Source: Chthoniobacterales bacterium (GTDB taxonomy: Bacteria; Verrucomicrobiota; Verrucomicrobiia; Chthoniobacterales; JACTMZ01). From it: a stretch of DNA of 64,000 nt. The stretch lies in contig JACSRX010000089.1 in NCBI GenBank assembly GCA_014879535.1, forward strand, positions 9,905 through 73,904, read 5' to 3'. The position numbers were made by a program, and so were the translations under genes. Positions 9,306 through 19,505 of this stretch are shown here, one piece after another; position 1 is the first letter of the stretch; every line of letters starts with the position of its first letter. The notes under the pieces are model-generated. The model was not told the origin of the DNA, made no database searches, and saw only the letters and a list, made by a program, of their open reading frames with translations.

Positions 9306-11258
9306 GTGCTCACTGTTTCATCCATCAGCAAATCCTACGGCGGACGCATTCTCTTCGAGGATGCGTCGCTCCAGATCAATCCGGGCGACCGTCTCGGGCT
9401 GATCGGTCCGAACGGCGCGGGCAAATCGACCCTGTTCTCCCTCATCCTCGGGGAGAACGGTCCGGATGAGGGCTCGGTGAATCTGCAGCGGGGACGCACC
9501 GTCGGCTTCCTTCCACAGGAAAGCGCACCCTCCGGCAACGAAACCATCCTCCAACTCGCGACCAGCGTTTCCCCGGAAATGGCGTCCGTCCACGAAATGC
9601 TGCGGGAGTTCCCGAGCGAGGACTCCGCCGAGCATCACGAGGCGGTCGAAAAGTTCATCGAGCTGGACGGATACAATCTCGAGGCCAAGGCGAAGCGCAT
9701 TCTCGCCGGGTTGGCCTTCCGCGAGACGGATTTCGACCGTCCGGCCCGCACGATGAGCGGCGGGTGGATCATGCGGGCGCATCTCGCCCGCCTGCTCGTG
9801 ATGGAACCCGACCTCCTCATGCTCGACGAGCCGACAAACCATCTCGACCTCGAAACCCTCGGATGGTTCCAGGACCATCTGGTCGCCTACTCCGGCGCGC
9901 TTCTCGTCATTTCTCACGACCGGGCGTTCCTCAATGCCATCTGCGACTCGATCGTCGAGATTTCCCGCCAGCGCCTCCACCGCTACCAAGGCAACTACGA
10001 GGACTACCTCGTGCAGAAGAAGGACCGCGAGGAACAATACCTCGCCGCCTACAAGAACCAGCAGCGCGAGATCGCTCACCTCGAGGAATTCATCAACCGC
10101 TTCCGCGCGAAGGCCAGCAAGGCCTCGCAGGCCCAGGAGCGCATGAAACGCCTCGCGCGCATCGAACGGCTGGCCCCGCCGGACAATCATGAGGCCACGG
10201 TGAAGTTCCGCTTCCCACAACCTCCCCGCGGTGGCCAGCGCGCCATCGAACTCAAGGGCGTCCGCCAAGCCTACGGCGACCATGTCGTTTACCGCGACCT
10301 CGACCTCGTGGTCGAACGCGGACAGCGCACGGTGCTCGTCGGTCCCAACGGTGCAGGCAAATCCACACTGCTGAAGATCCTCGCCGGTCTCCTGCCGCTC
10401 GAAGCCGGCGAGCGGACCCCGGGGCACAATTCGAGCATCGGCTACTTCGCCCAGCACCGCACGGACACCCTCGACGTCACGCGCACCGTGCTGGAGGAGG
10501 CGGCGGATGGCGTCAGCGGTCTCGGCGAGCAGACCATACGCACCGTGCTCGGTTCGTTCCTTTTCCGTGGTGACGACGCCTTCAAGCGGGTCGGCGTGCT
10601 GAGCGGCGGGGAAAAGAGCCGTTTGGCGCTGGTGAAGCTCCTGCTGCGCCCCCCCAACCTCCTTCTTCTCGACGAACCGACCACCCACCTCGACATGGCG
10701 AGCATCAACGCGCTCATCGGCGCGCTGCAGCCCTACGAGGGAACGCTCCTTTTCGTGAGCCACGACGTGCATTTCATCCGGTCGCTGGCCACGACCGTCC
10801 TGCACATCAATGCGGGACGGATCAAACCCTACGCCGGCGACTACGACTACTACTTGGAGAAATCCGGTGCGGGCTGCGACCGGCGCGCGCTCGTCGCCCC
10901 GCTTGGCAACCACCGCCCGGCCGAGGCCCCGGCGCCCGCACCCGCGAGTCCCAAGTTGGGCATCAAGGAAATCCGCGAACAACGCCGCGCGGAGGCGGAA
11001 GCGCGCAAGGCCGCCGCGGCCGCCCGTCGCAACGCGGAGAAGCAGCATGCCGCGCTCGAGGCCGAGGTCATGGCCTTGGAAGCGCGGCAGCGGGAGCTCA
11101 CCGCCACCCTCGAGAATGCGCCGAACGACTCGACGTCGTTCGCCCTGCACCGCGAGCTGGCGGATGTCACCGAGGCGCTCGAAAAGGCCAACACCGAATG
11201 GTCGGCCATTGCGGACGCTTTGGCTTCCGCTCAAAGCACATCGGCCGCGGGGGTCTGA
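9306..11258 (+). CDS. ABC-F family ATPase (two ABC domains plus C-terminal coiled coil)
   Basis: 650-aa ORF with a GTG start. Has two Walker A sites (GPNGAGKST twice), two signatures (MSGGWIMR, LSGGEKSR) and no TM domain. Confidence 0.9.
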   Translation: MLTVSSISKSYGGRILFEDASLQINPGDRLGLIGPNGAGKSTLFSLILGENGPDEGSVNLQRGRTVGFLPQESAPSGNETILQLATSVSPEMASVHEMLREFPSEDSAEHHEAVEKFIELDGYNLEAKAKRILAGLAFRETDFDRPARTMSGGWIMRAHLARLLVMEPDLLMLDEPTNHLDLETLGWFQDHLVAYSGALLVISHDRAFLNAICDSIVEISRQRLHRYQGNYEDYLVQKKDREEQYLAAYKNQQREIAHLEEFINRFRAKASKASQAQERMKRLARIERLAPPDNHEATVKFRFPQPPRGGQRAIELKGVRQAYGDHVVYRDLDLVVERGQRTVLVGPNGAGKSTLLKILAGLLPLEAGERTPGHNSSIGYFAQHRTDTLDVTRTVLEEAADGVSGLGEQTIRTVLGSFLFRGDDAFKRVGVLSGGEKSRLALVKLLLRPPNLLLLDEPTTHLDMASINALIGALQPYEGTLLFVSHDVHFIRSLATTVLHINAGRIKPYAGDYDYYLEKSGAGCDRRALVAPLGNHRPAEAPAPAPASPKLGIKEIREQRRAEAEARKAAAAARRNAEKQHAALEAEVMALEARQRELTATLENAPNDSTSFALHRELADVTEALEKANTEWSAIADALASAQSTSAAGV

Positions 11259-11268
11259 GCCCCGCGGG

Positions 11269-11784
11269 TCAGGGCGCCATCACGAAATCGCCCAGCTCCT
11301 TGATCAGGCGGTTGCGCGAAGCCTTGATCTCCGCGACGCTTTCTTCCGAGAAATCGTAGAAGCGACGGGCGTATTGCAGCGCCTCGAGGCCGCCGTCCTT
11401 TTTCGTGATCCGCCAGAGGTTCCACTCGGCAAATTGCGGCTCCTTGTCGCGCGGTGAAAATGCGAGGAAGTCGGCGACATAGACATCGTCATCGTCATTC
11501 TTGAACACCTGCCCCTTCGCGGCGGGGTCGGAAGCCTCGGCCGCGGCCACCACCTTGAGGGCATAGGCGCGCGGATCCTGAAGCTTTGGAAAATGACGCA
11601 GCGAAATGAGCCGGTTCCAATGCGCAAAGGTCTCCCCCGCGGGCAGGAATTCGCGAATCCCCGCCTCGTCACCGCGCTGGAAAAACTCCACCCCGGCAAA
11701 GCGGAATGCCGCTTCCTCCGCGGGGCTCGGGGTGGCCACGCAGGACATCAGGACGGACAGCAGGATGATGACGCGGGGGCTCAC
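11269..11784 (-). CDS. Secreted hypothetical protein (171 aa)
   Basis: Signal peptide MSPRVIILLSVLMSCVATPSPA. Starts 4 nt after the stop of the upstream 1342-aa gene. No family recognised. Confidence 0.6.
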   Translation of the reverse strand: MSPRVIILLSVLMSCVATPSPAEEAAFRFAGVEFFQRGDEAGIREFLPAGETFAHWNRLISLRHFPKLQDPRAYALKVVAAAEASDPAAKGQVFKNDDDDVYVADFLAFSPRDKEPQFAEWNLWRITKKDGGLEALQYARRFYDFSEESVAEIKASRNRLIKELGDFVMAP

Positions 11785-11788
11785 GGGT

Positions 11789-14700
11789 CTATTTCACCTC
11801 CGAAACCGGAGGTGGCACGGCCGCCTTGCGCATCGAGCGGAATGCGCCGCCGGAGGTGAACGCATTCCATCCGCGCACCAGCCACCGCAGGACGGCGACT
11901 GCGAGCCACAGCGCCCACACGAGCATGGCAAGCCGATACCACCAGACCGAAACGGATTGGACGAATGGCTCGGGCAACGTCGCGGCGGCGCGGTCGAGAT
12001 ACCACTGGAGCGAACCTGCGGTGGAGCCGTTGCCCGTGATGAACATTTCCGGGGAGCCGAGAAGACCGGCTGCCACGGCGCGGATCAGGACACCAAGCGC
12101 CACTGCGGTCGCGATCACGACGACCGCCTGCATGAGATTGTAGGCGCCGGGGGCGAGCTTCTGGAACGACGGACGTCCGCGCCAGACCAGCAGGAAGAGC
12201 CACCCCACCACGATGAGCGCCTCGGGGAGCGTGACCTGCGTGAGACCGATGCCGAGCAGCATCCATTCGGGCGTGCGCAATGGACTGGCCTTGAGACGCC
12301 CGAGAATGACCGCAGCGAGGAGCGAAAAGGCCAGCACCGTCCAGAACCGCACCGCAGGTCCGCGCTGCGGGCCTCCGGTCCACAGCACCCACCGGTTGCC
12401 GGGCATCGTCACCGTGGTGTTGATGTTCGCACTCTCCACGGGAAGCGTGACAGGTTCGACCTGCGCACGCGAAGTGAGGGCCACGGACGTCTTCCATGCG
12501 ATGCGGACATCCTGCTCACCCGGCTGCAAGGGGATGACCACGCGGTCGCCGTCCATGCGCACGGGCATGTCCTTGCCGTCACGCGACAGCGACGTGATCT
12601 GTGCCCCCTCGGGCAGTCCGACAAGGAAGTCCTCTCCGAGGCTGCTGGTCAGCGCGAGGTCGAGCGTGGAAGTGCGCTGGCGGTCGCCGACACCCACGCC
12701 GTGATTCACGCGCCGCACGGTGACGGTCGCGCCGGGCACGGGTTCCGGACGCCCGATGGAAATCCCGACCTTCTCGCCCGGCCACGGACGCCAGACGGGC
12801 ACCAGATCCCCGGCATCATTTTCAAAGATCGGCGCCAACCCTTCAAAGTTCACATTCCAGACGGGCGAGACCACGAGCTTCCATTGCTCGGCCCACGTGT
12901 CCCCCTCCCGTGCTGCCAGTGCGAGCCGGTCGGCAAGCACCAGCTCGCTCTCCCAGGAAACGGCCTGCTCGCCCGCGGACAGGCGGACCTCGGCGGCGCC
13001 GTTCTTGATCGGGACATTGCCGGAAAGCATGTTTTCCCCCTCAAGCAGCGGAACACGCAGCGAGAGCGCCTTGCCCGGCGGGGTCAGCCGCCGCACCGTC
13101 GTGCGAACCTGCCAGATCAGGCCGAGCTCCAGCTCGCGCTCGACGACGGCGACCGCCTGGTAATCCTGCCGGTCATAGGCGGCTTCCGCGGCGGTCGTCT
13201 TCTGCTGTCGCGCGAAGAACACCTGCTGCTCGGGAACGCCGTCGGGGTTGATGCCGCTGACATTCCAACCGGGCGCCTCGACACGGACGCGACGCGGTTT
13301 CAACTGGAACGTCCACTCCCACTCCGAGGCATCGCCGATGACCCCCTCCACACGCACGGTGTGGACGCCCGCGGCGAGGGCGACCCACAGATAGTTGTCG
13401 TCGCGGCGCAATGCGGCGCCGGGCTTGCCATCCACCGTCACCGTCATCGGCGACCACGCGGGAAGGCGCCCCGGCAGCGGCACGGCGACCAGCGCGGCGG
13501 CGTGGATCTCCGCCTCCATCACGAGATTGCGGTCGGCAAGGCTGAGTGTGACCACCGGGATTTCCGCGGCTAGGGGCGGCAGGTCGCGTTTCTCGATCAG
13601 ACGTTCGCGCAACGTCTCAAGCATCCCGTCCTCGGGGAATTGCGCATGCGCGGGTGCGGCACCGAACAGGATGGCAACAACGAGCAACGGTGCCACGGAC
13701 GCCACGGGGATGCGGCGCAGACCCAGCACGACGAATGCCAGCGCGACGACCAGCAGGATGCGAAGCACCGTGAGGAGGCGTTCCAATCCGGAGGAGATGA
13801 ACACTGGATGAAACGTCTGCGCGGCGGTCACCGGCCCATTCCAACCGAAACGCACCACGCGCCAATACCACTCCGGAACACCGGGACCGGTTTGGATGCG
13901 CGCCTTGGCCTCGTAGAGCATGTTCTGGTTCTGACTTTGGACAAGCCGAGACCTCGGACTGAAAGGCGCCAGTTTTGACATGGCGTAGCTGTCAACCGGA
14001 GCGGGTGTGGATTCTTGCTCCATCACCACCGCCTCGGAGCGGGGCATCGCCAGACGGGCGTCGTCAGCAAATCCCCCCGTGAAAAATCCCGACACGCGCT
14101 CGAGTTGGGGATAAATCGCCTGCTGGATTTGCAGGGAGAGGAAGGGAACGACGGAGAGGACGAATATGATGACCGTCGCCCATTTCCAAATTTGCACGAG
14201 CATGCGGAGGCGACCGGGCGGGACGACACTCAGGATGGCAACCGGCGCGAGAAGGGCGAGCCAGAGCAATTGCGGCGCGTCGAATTCGCGATAGGACAAA
14301 GCCAGGGCCGCAAAGGCCAGAACCGCCGCACCCGCACCGCGGAGGCGGAACATGGCCAGCGTGAAGATCAGGACAACGAAGATGTCGAGCAACGACCATG
14401 ACGTGAGCCAGTCACCCCGCACCCAATCGGCGCCGAACAGCGCGAACAACCGCCATCCCGGTGGGAGGTTCAGCGTCACCTCGAGGTTGTCGGCATCGGT
14501 CTTCCAACCCGTCGCCGGGAAGGTCTTGCCTTTGGCCATGCGACCGGTCGCTTCGAGCGAGAGATTCCTCGATCGGATTTCAACCCCGGGGGCTCCATCC
14601 GCGGGATCGCGGGTGATCAGCTGCCCGGTTCCGTCGATGCGCACCGAGCCGAGCTCCTGCCCCACCGCCGCGTCGAGACGCCAGATTTTCTGCCTCGTGC

Positions 14701-15817
14701 CGCTGATCGTGTCGCGGAAGGTCATGCCGCGCCCGTCCTCGTCGAGCCAGATTGCACGCGCGATGCGCAGACCCTCGGGAGCCTGCTCGCCCATGCCGCG
14801 CAGCCTTTCCTCGATCCGCAGCCCCTCGGCGGTCGGCCACTGGTAAACAGGAAGATCCCGCCAGTCCTCGGGATAGGTCGTCATCGTGACATCGACCGGC
14901 GAAACCCCCGCGAACTCGATGATCCGGAAATCCGGACGCAGCCGCAGGCCGATCAGCACGGACTCCGCGGCGGGTTCGGCCCCGGGGGCGAACTGAAGTT
15001 CACGCGCATCATCCAGACGGAACGCCGACACATTGATCATCCAGCGTCCGGCGCGCACCTGCGCCTTGGCGCGGCCGCCGGCGTCGATGGCCACGGGGAT
15101 CGGACTGTCCACGGACGACACCTCCCAGCCCTCCGGAAGGATGTTGCCGAGATCCTCCTCGCGGCTTTTTCCGGACACGATCAGCTCGACCCGCGTGCGC
15201 AGCCACAGCGGGATGCCGTCGTCGAGGGCCGCGTAGAGATTCACCGAGAGAAAATCCGGTCCCGCGGCCTCCTCCGGAGACGCGTCGCGCTTCAACCAGA
15301 GGCGCCCCGCCCCGTCCCACAGCGGGGACTCGACGGGTTTCCCGTCCACCTCGAGACGCACGACGCCAGTCTGCGGGGGAAGCGGCAGGTTCTGGGGCAT
15401 GGATTTCCATGCGAGCGAGCCCGAGATTTCCTGCGTGCCCGGGAGGAGCCGCACCACCGGGCGTCCCTCCCGCTCGAGCACGGCCAGCGGTTTGCCGCCC
15501 GAGGCCACCCCGGAGGGCCAGACCAAGGCGCCACCGGGAAGCGGAACCCACGAAGCGCTGTAAACCGTCACGGTCTGCCGGAACACGGCCCCACTCTCCG
15601 TGGCGGCGAGCTGCAACTCGGAGGGCCAGAATGTCAGCGGGGTATCCGCCGCGGCGTAGGGCGCCGGACTTTGCAGCAACGCCTCGTCATTCCATGCGGC
15701 CCACGACTCCCAAGGCTTGAGCGGATCGGGGACGTTCGCCGCTTGCGCGTGGCTTTCGTTGCAGGACGCGCCGCACAAAACAGCCAAGGCAACGCACAAC
15801 AAGGGTGCATTTTTCAT
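11789..15817 (-). CDS. Very large polytopic membrane protein (1342 aa) with two soluble modules and two TM clusters, function unknown
   Basis: ORF 11789..15850, started by me at ATG 15817 (MKNAPLLCVALAVLCGASC). It has good codon bias over 4 kb, and TM clusters in the middle and at the C-terminus. Confidence 0.8.
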   Translation of the reverse strand: MKNAPLLCVALAVLCGASCNESHAQAANVPDPLKPWESWAAWNDEALLQSPAPYAAADTPLTFWPSELQLAATESGAVFRQTVTVYSASWVPLPGGALVWPSGVASGGKPLAVLEREGRPVVRLLPGTQEISGSLAWKSMPQNLPLPPQTGVVRLEVDGKPVESPLWDGAGRLWLKRDASPEEAAGPDFLSVNLYAALDDGIPLWLRTRVELIVSGKSREEDLGNILPEGWEVSSVDSPIPVAIDAGGRAKAQVRAGRWMINVSAFRLDDARELQFAPGAEPAAESVLIGLRLRPDFRIIEFAGVSPVDVTMTTYPEDWRDLPVYQWPTAEGLRIEERLRGMGEQAPEGLRIARAIWLDEDGRGMTFRDTISGTRQKIWRLDAAVGQELGSVRIDGTGQLITRDPADGAPGVEIRSRNLSLEATGRMAKGKTFPATGWKTDADNLEVTLNLPPGWRLFALFGADWVRGDWLTSWSLLDIFVVLIFTLAMFRLRGAGAAVLAFAALALSYREFDAPQLLWLALLAPVAILSVVPPGRLRMLVQIWKWATVIIFVLSVVPFLSLQIQQAIYPQLERVSGFFTGGFADDARLAMPRSEAVVMEQESTPAPVDSYAMSKLAPFSPRSRLVQSQNQNMLYEAKARIQTGPGVPEWYWRVVRFGWNGPVTAAQTFHPVFISSGLERLLTVLRILLVVALAFVVLGLRRIPVASVAPLLVVAILFGAAPAHAQFPEDGMLETLRERLIEKRDLPPLAAEIPVVTLSLADRNLVMEAEIHAAALVAVPLPGRLPAWSPMTVTVDGKPGAALRRDDNYLWVALAAGVHTVRVEGVIGDASEWEWTFQLKPRRVRVEAPGWNVSGINPDGVPEQQVFFARQQKTTAAEAAYDRQDYQAVAVVERELELGLIWQVRTTVRRLTPPGKALSLRVPLLEGENMLSGNVPIKNGAAEVRLSAGEQAVSWESELVLADRLALAAREGDTWAEQWKLVVSPVWNVNFEGLAPIFENDAGDLVPVWRPWPGEKVGISIGRPEPVPGATVTVRRVNHGVGVGDRQRTSTLDLALTSSLGEDFLVGLPEGAQITSLSRDGKDMPVRMDGDRVVIPLQPGEQDVRIAWKTSVALTSRAQVEPVTLPVESANINTTVTMPGNRWVLWTGGPQRGPAVRFWTVLAFSLLAAVILGRLKASPLRTPEWMLLGIGLTQVTLPEALIVVGWLFLLVWRGRPSFQKLAPGAYNLMQAVVVIATAVALGVLIRAVAAGLLGSPEMFITGNGSTAGSLQWYLDRAAATLPEPFVQSVSVWWYRLAMLVWALWLAVAVLRWLVRGWNAFTSGGAFRSMRKAAVPPPVSEVK

Positions 15818-15900
15818 AGGGGTGGACAAATCGTGGCCTCCGCCCGCCACAGTTGCCAGCCGATTTCATGCCCGGCACGGTGACCAGCACAAGGCGCCGA

Positions 15901-16800
15901 TCAATCAGCGAAATGATCGAAGCCGTGCACCGGACCAATTCCCGCTCTGGTAGCGCTGGACTCAAGCCGGCCAATGCGGGTGAGCCTTATTCCGGGCCAC
16001 CGCCTCTTCCATGCCGCAGACAGCCGTGCGGCGTCCCGGGGAGCCACGGCAAAAAGGAGCTCGAAATCCTCCCCGTCCCCCAGCGCCGCCGCGACCGTCG
16101 CGCCTCTTCGACGCGGCAACAACCCCGGTTCGATGGAATACCCCGTTCCGCTTGCGACCGCCAAACGCGGCAGGTCGGCCGCCAGACCGTCGCTCAGATC
16201 CATCATGGCCCGCACGCGGAAATGCTTCACCAGCCATCGCGCCTGTTCCAGCCGCGGCGGGAAGCGGAGATGCCATCCGGAGGCCAGCGAGCCACCCAGG
16301 ACACCGGTCACGAAAAGCACATCGCCGGGACGACCGCCGCTACGCCGCACGAGCCGGTTTTTCTCCACGTCGCCGGTCATGGAAACCGTGATCACTGCCG
16401 GTCCCTCCGTGCGCGCCAATTCGCCTCCGACCACATCGAAGCCGAAGGTGCGGGCGGCCTTTGCAATGCCGCGATAGCATCCGGAAAGCCACGCACCCTC
16501 CTGCCCTGCCCGGACCGCGCAGGCCACGAGCGCGGACCGGGGTTGGCCCCCGCAGGCGGCAATGTCGCTCACCGCCCGGCACACAGCCTTCCAACCGACA
16601 TCCGACGCCCGATCCTTCACAACGAAATGCCTGCCTTCCACGACGCAGTCGGTCTTGAGCAGGATCAGGTTTCCGCGTCCGGGACCCTTCACCGCGGCGC
16701 AGTCATCGCCGATCCCGGCCACCACATCCCCTCCCGGAGCGGGCAACAGCCGCGCCAAGCGGGCGACCACGGCATCCTCCCGGTTGCGCGCCACCTTCAC
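15901..16800 (-). CDS. thiL: Thiamine-monophosphate kinase
   Basis: 299-aa ORF with the AIR-synthase-like fold motif GIGDDCAAV..LLKTDCVVEGRHF. Its GTG start overlaps the upstream stop (GTGA). Confidence 0.85.
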   Translation of the reverse strand: MKVARNREDAVVARLARLLPAPGGDVVAGIGDDCAAVKGPGRGNLILLKTDCVVEGRHFVVKDRASDVGWKAVCRAVSDIAACGGQPRSALVACAVRAGQEGAWLSGCYRGIAKAARTFGFDVVGGELARTEGPAVITVSMTGDVEKNRLVRRSGGRPGDVLFVTGVLGGSLASGWHLRFPPRLEQARWLVKHFRVRAMMDLSDGLAADLPRLAVASGTGYSIEPGLLPRRRGATVAAALGDGEDFELLFAVAPRDAARLSAAWKRRWPGIRLTRIGRLESSATRAGIGPVHGFDHFAD

Positions 16801-17591
16801 AGCAGGAAGAGGATCGCCACCACGGAGACGGTGTTGAAAACCGCATGCATGATCATCGGCACAAGGAGGGAGCCGGACTTTTCATAAGCCAGGCCGAGGC
16901 ACATGGCCAAAGTGAAAAGTGCCGGGATGGAAGCCATGTGGCCGTGCAGCACGGCAAAAAGCAGGCTGGTGCCCACCATCGAGACGAAGGGCCCGAGGTG
17001 GCGCTTTCCGATCGGGTAGAGATATCCGCGGAAAATCATCTCCTCGGCCACCGGCGCAACGGCCACCGCCATCACGAGCACGGCGAGGCGGTCGCGCGGT
17101 GTCTCGGCGCCCTGCAGGAACTGCACCACATCCTGCGGCGCCATGTCTCCGCCGGCCGCGCCGTAAACCATGGCCTGCACGAGCACGAGCAGCGGATACG
17201 CGGCGAGCAGGGCGAGCATACCCCTCCACAATGCGCCCGGAAAACTGCAGCGGTTCCACCCGAACACGGAGGAAAGCGGAAGGCTCCGGTAAATGAGCAG
17301 CCCGGCGAGGAAAAGCACGATCGACGCGTAAACGGCCGCGCCCGAGACCACATGGCGGAATTCCACCGTGCGCGTCCCCTCCCCGAGCAGGGCGTCGCGG
17401 CCGAGCATGGCGAACCAAAGCGTCAGGACGATCGCAACCGCGAGATCGATCCGCCCGGTCCAATCGTCGGCAACGCGCCCGGCATTGCGCACGAGCACAT
17501 CCCGCGCCAGCGGGAGGTAGAACCGCAGGCCGCCCGCGGTCCAGACGACGAGCACCAGCACCGCGAGGGCCGGAAGGAGAAAATCTACCAC
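16797..17591 (-). CDS. CPBP family intramembrane glutamic endopeptidase (CAAX protease-like)
   Basis: 264-aa ORF with multiple TM helices and motifs EEMIFRGYL, FAVLHG and MHAVFN. Confidence 0.85.
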   Translation of the reverse strand: MVDFLLPALAVLVLVVWTAGGLRFYLPLARDVLVRNAGRVADDWTGRIDLAVAIVLTLWFAMLGRDALLGEGTRTVEFRHVVSGAAVYASIVLFLAGLLIYRSLPLSSVFGWNRCSFPGALWRGMLALLAAYPLLVLVQAMVYGAAGGDMAPQDVVQFLQGAETPRDRLAVLVMAVAVAPVAEEMIFRGYLYPIGKRHLGPFVSMVGTSLLFAVLHGHMASIPALFTLAMCLGLAYEKSGSLLVPMIMHAVFNTVSVVAILFLL

Positions 17592-18583
17592 GCGTAGAAT
17601 TCCGGGAGGAGGTAGGCGCAGCCCGGTTGGAGCTGGAACCGGGGGCCGGGGGCGATCTGCAACTGGACGTTGGTTTGCGCCCCGGCACCGAGCATCCGGA
17701 GCAGGCGCTGGAAGTTCGGCCCCGATTCGTAGCGGATCACACCGGCATCGGGCGCGTCGGCCAAGTCCCGCGCCTTGTCATAGGCATCCTCGATGTAGCC
17801 CAATTGGTCCGCCAACCCGGCCTTCTGCGCATCCCTGCCCGTCAGGATCCGGCCGTCCGCAATGCCGTTGCGCAGCTCTTCCGCCGGCAGGTCGCGGGCC
17901 TTCGCCACGATGCCGAGGAAGCGGTCGTAAACCTGCTGCACCATCCCCTCGACGTAGGCTTTCTCCTCGGGGGTCATCGGACGCGAGCCGCTGAGCATGT
18001 CCTTGAACTTGCCGCTTTTGAAAATGACCGAGTCCAGGCCGACCTTGTCGAACAACTCCTGGTAATTGAGCGTCTGGATGATCACGCCGATGCTGCCGGT
18101 GAACGTCGTCTCGTTCGCCACGATCCAGTCCGCCCCGCAGGCGATGTAATATGCACCCGATGCCGCGAGCGAATTCATCGAGACGACCACCGGCTTCACT
18201 TTCTGCACCTTGAGCACTTCATTGTAGAGGATGTCCGATGCGGTCACCTCTCCTCCCGGCGAATTGATCGCCAGCACCACGGCCTTCACGTCGTCATCGT
18301 CCGCCGCCGTCCGCAGCGCATTTTTGACATCGTCCACCATCGACGTCCCCCACTCGTTCCGGTCGTCGGTGTGGATGAGGCCCTGGATCGGAATGACCGC
18401 GATCTTACCCGCCCCGGAGGCGCCGTCCTCGACCGTCACCTCCTGCAGGTGCGGCGAGAACCGCCGCACGGCGATGGTCTCCGCCTTGTCCGCGCCGAAG
18501 AACGCCAGAAGGACGAAGTTGAAGAAAAGACTCGCGCACAACGCGAGAAACAAGGCCAGCAGCACGCATCCGGACTTTTTCAT
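17585..18583 (-). CDS. sppA: Signal peptide peptidase SppA, 36K type
   Basis: ORF 17585..18646, started at ATG 18583 (MKKSGCVLLALFLALC). ClpP-fold motifs VVLAINSPGGEVTASD and SLAASGAYYIA. Confidence 0.85.
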   Translation of the reverse strand: MKKSGCVLLALFLALCASLFFNFVLLAFFGADKAETIAVRRFSPHLQEVTVEDGASGAGKIAVIPIQGLIHTDDRNEWGTSMVDDVKNALRTAADDDDVKAVVLAINSPGGEVTASDILYNEVLKVQKVKPVVVSMNSLAASGAYYIACGADWIVANETTFTGSIGVIIQTLNYQELFDKVGLDSVIFKSGKFKDMLSGSRPMTPEEKAYVEGMVQQVYDRFLGIVAKARDLPAEELRNGIADGRILTGRDAQKAGLADQLGYIEDAYDKARDLADAPDAGVIRYESGPNFQRLLRMLGAGAQTNVQLQIAPGPRFQLQPGCAYLLPEFYAW

Positions 18584-18671
18584 CGGCCGACACCATCGCC
18601 GAGGCCCGCGCACAAAACAAGCCGGCAGCCCCCGGCTGCTTGCCATCCGGCCCGAACAGGTTTAATTCCAA

Positions 18672-19505
18672 GTGGAAGCCATGCACCCGCAGAAAGAGGC
18701 GCTCGTCCGACTGCTTGCCGATGACGACGAGCAGACGGTCCGGTTGGTCAAGGAACAGCTGGCCGCGGACGGCCCCTCCATCATCGAGGATCTGCGCGAT
18801 CTCGCGGGATGCGACGATCCGCTTGCGGCGCTGCACGCCCGCGACGTGCTTCACGAAGTGGTCCAGAACGAGGCCCTCGAGCGCTTCGAGGTCATGTGCC
18901 CGGTCTTCGGCGACGGCTCGGATCTCGAGGAGGCCTGCTGGCTGCTTGCGGCCGCCCTCCTCCGCGGGTTTGAAACCGCACCCTACCGCCAGCGTTTGTC
19001 GGCCTGGGGCGCGGAACTCAGCCGCCGCCTGCGCCGCACCTCGGGTGACCGGCAGCGGGTGGAGATCATGACCGATTTCCTCTCGGGCGAACTCGTTTTC
19101 ACCGGCAACACCGACGATTACTACAACGAGCGCAATTCGCTGCTTCCCTGCGTCCTCGATTCGCGCAAAGGCATCCCGATCAGCCTCACCTTGGTTTACA
19201 TCCTCGTCGGCCAGCGCGCGGGGATCACCGTCGAGGGCGTGAATCTTCCCGGGCATTTCCTCGCCCGCCACGGGCACATTCTCTTCGACCCGTTCCACCA
19301 GGGACGCACGCTGACGCGCCGCGACTGCGAGGAAATCCTCCGCCGCCAGAACCAGCAATTGGAGGAATGGCACCTTGCCCCGGCAACACCCCGCCAGATG
19401 CTCACCCGCATCCTTGCCAACCTGCTTTACGCCTATCACCGGGCGGGCAACAACACCCTCTATGCCCGCGTGAAGCATTGGAGCCAGTTGCTCTGCCGCA
19501 CCTGA
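18672..19505 (+). CDS. SirB1-like / transglutaminase-like family protein
   Basis: 277-aa ORF with the block NSLLPCVLDSRKGIPISLTLVYILVGQRAGI..GVNLPGHFL typical of the SirB1 N-terminal domain. Confidence 0.7.
   Translation: MEAMHPQKEALVRLLADDDEQTVRLVKEQLAADGPSIIEDLRDLAGCDDPLAALHARDVLHEVVQNEALERFEVMCPVFGDGSDLEEACWLLAAALLRGFETAPYRQRLSAWGAELSRRLRRTSGDRQRVEIMTDFLSGELVFTGNTDDYYNERNSLLPCVLDSRKGIPISLTLVYILVGQRAGITVEGVNLPGHFLARHGHILFDPFHQGRTLTRRDCEEILRRQNQQLEEWHLAPATPRQMLTRILANLLYAYHRAGNNTLYARVKHWSQLLCRT

Noticed and set aside
9318-15551. ORFs 9318..11234 (-), 11606..13573 (+), 11781..12497 (-), 15009..15551 (-) and similar
   Set aside because: They are antisense to, or out of frame with, the ABC-F gene and the 1342-aa membrane protein gene. 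They have low-complexity Arg/Pro/Gly composition and no family signatures.
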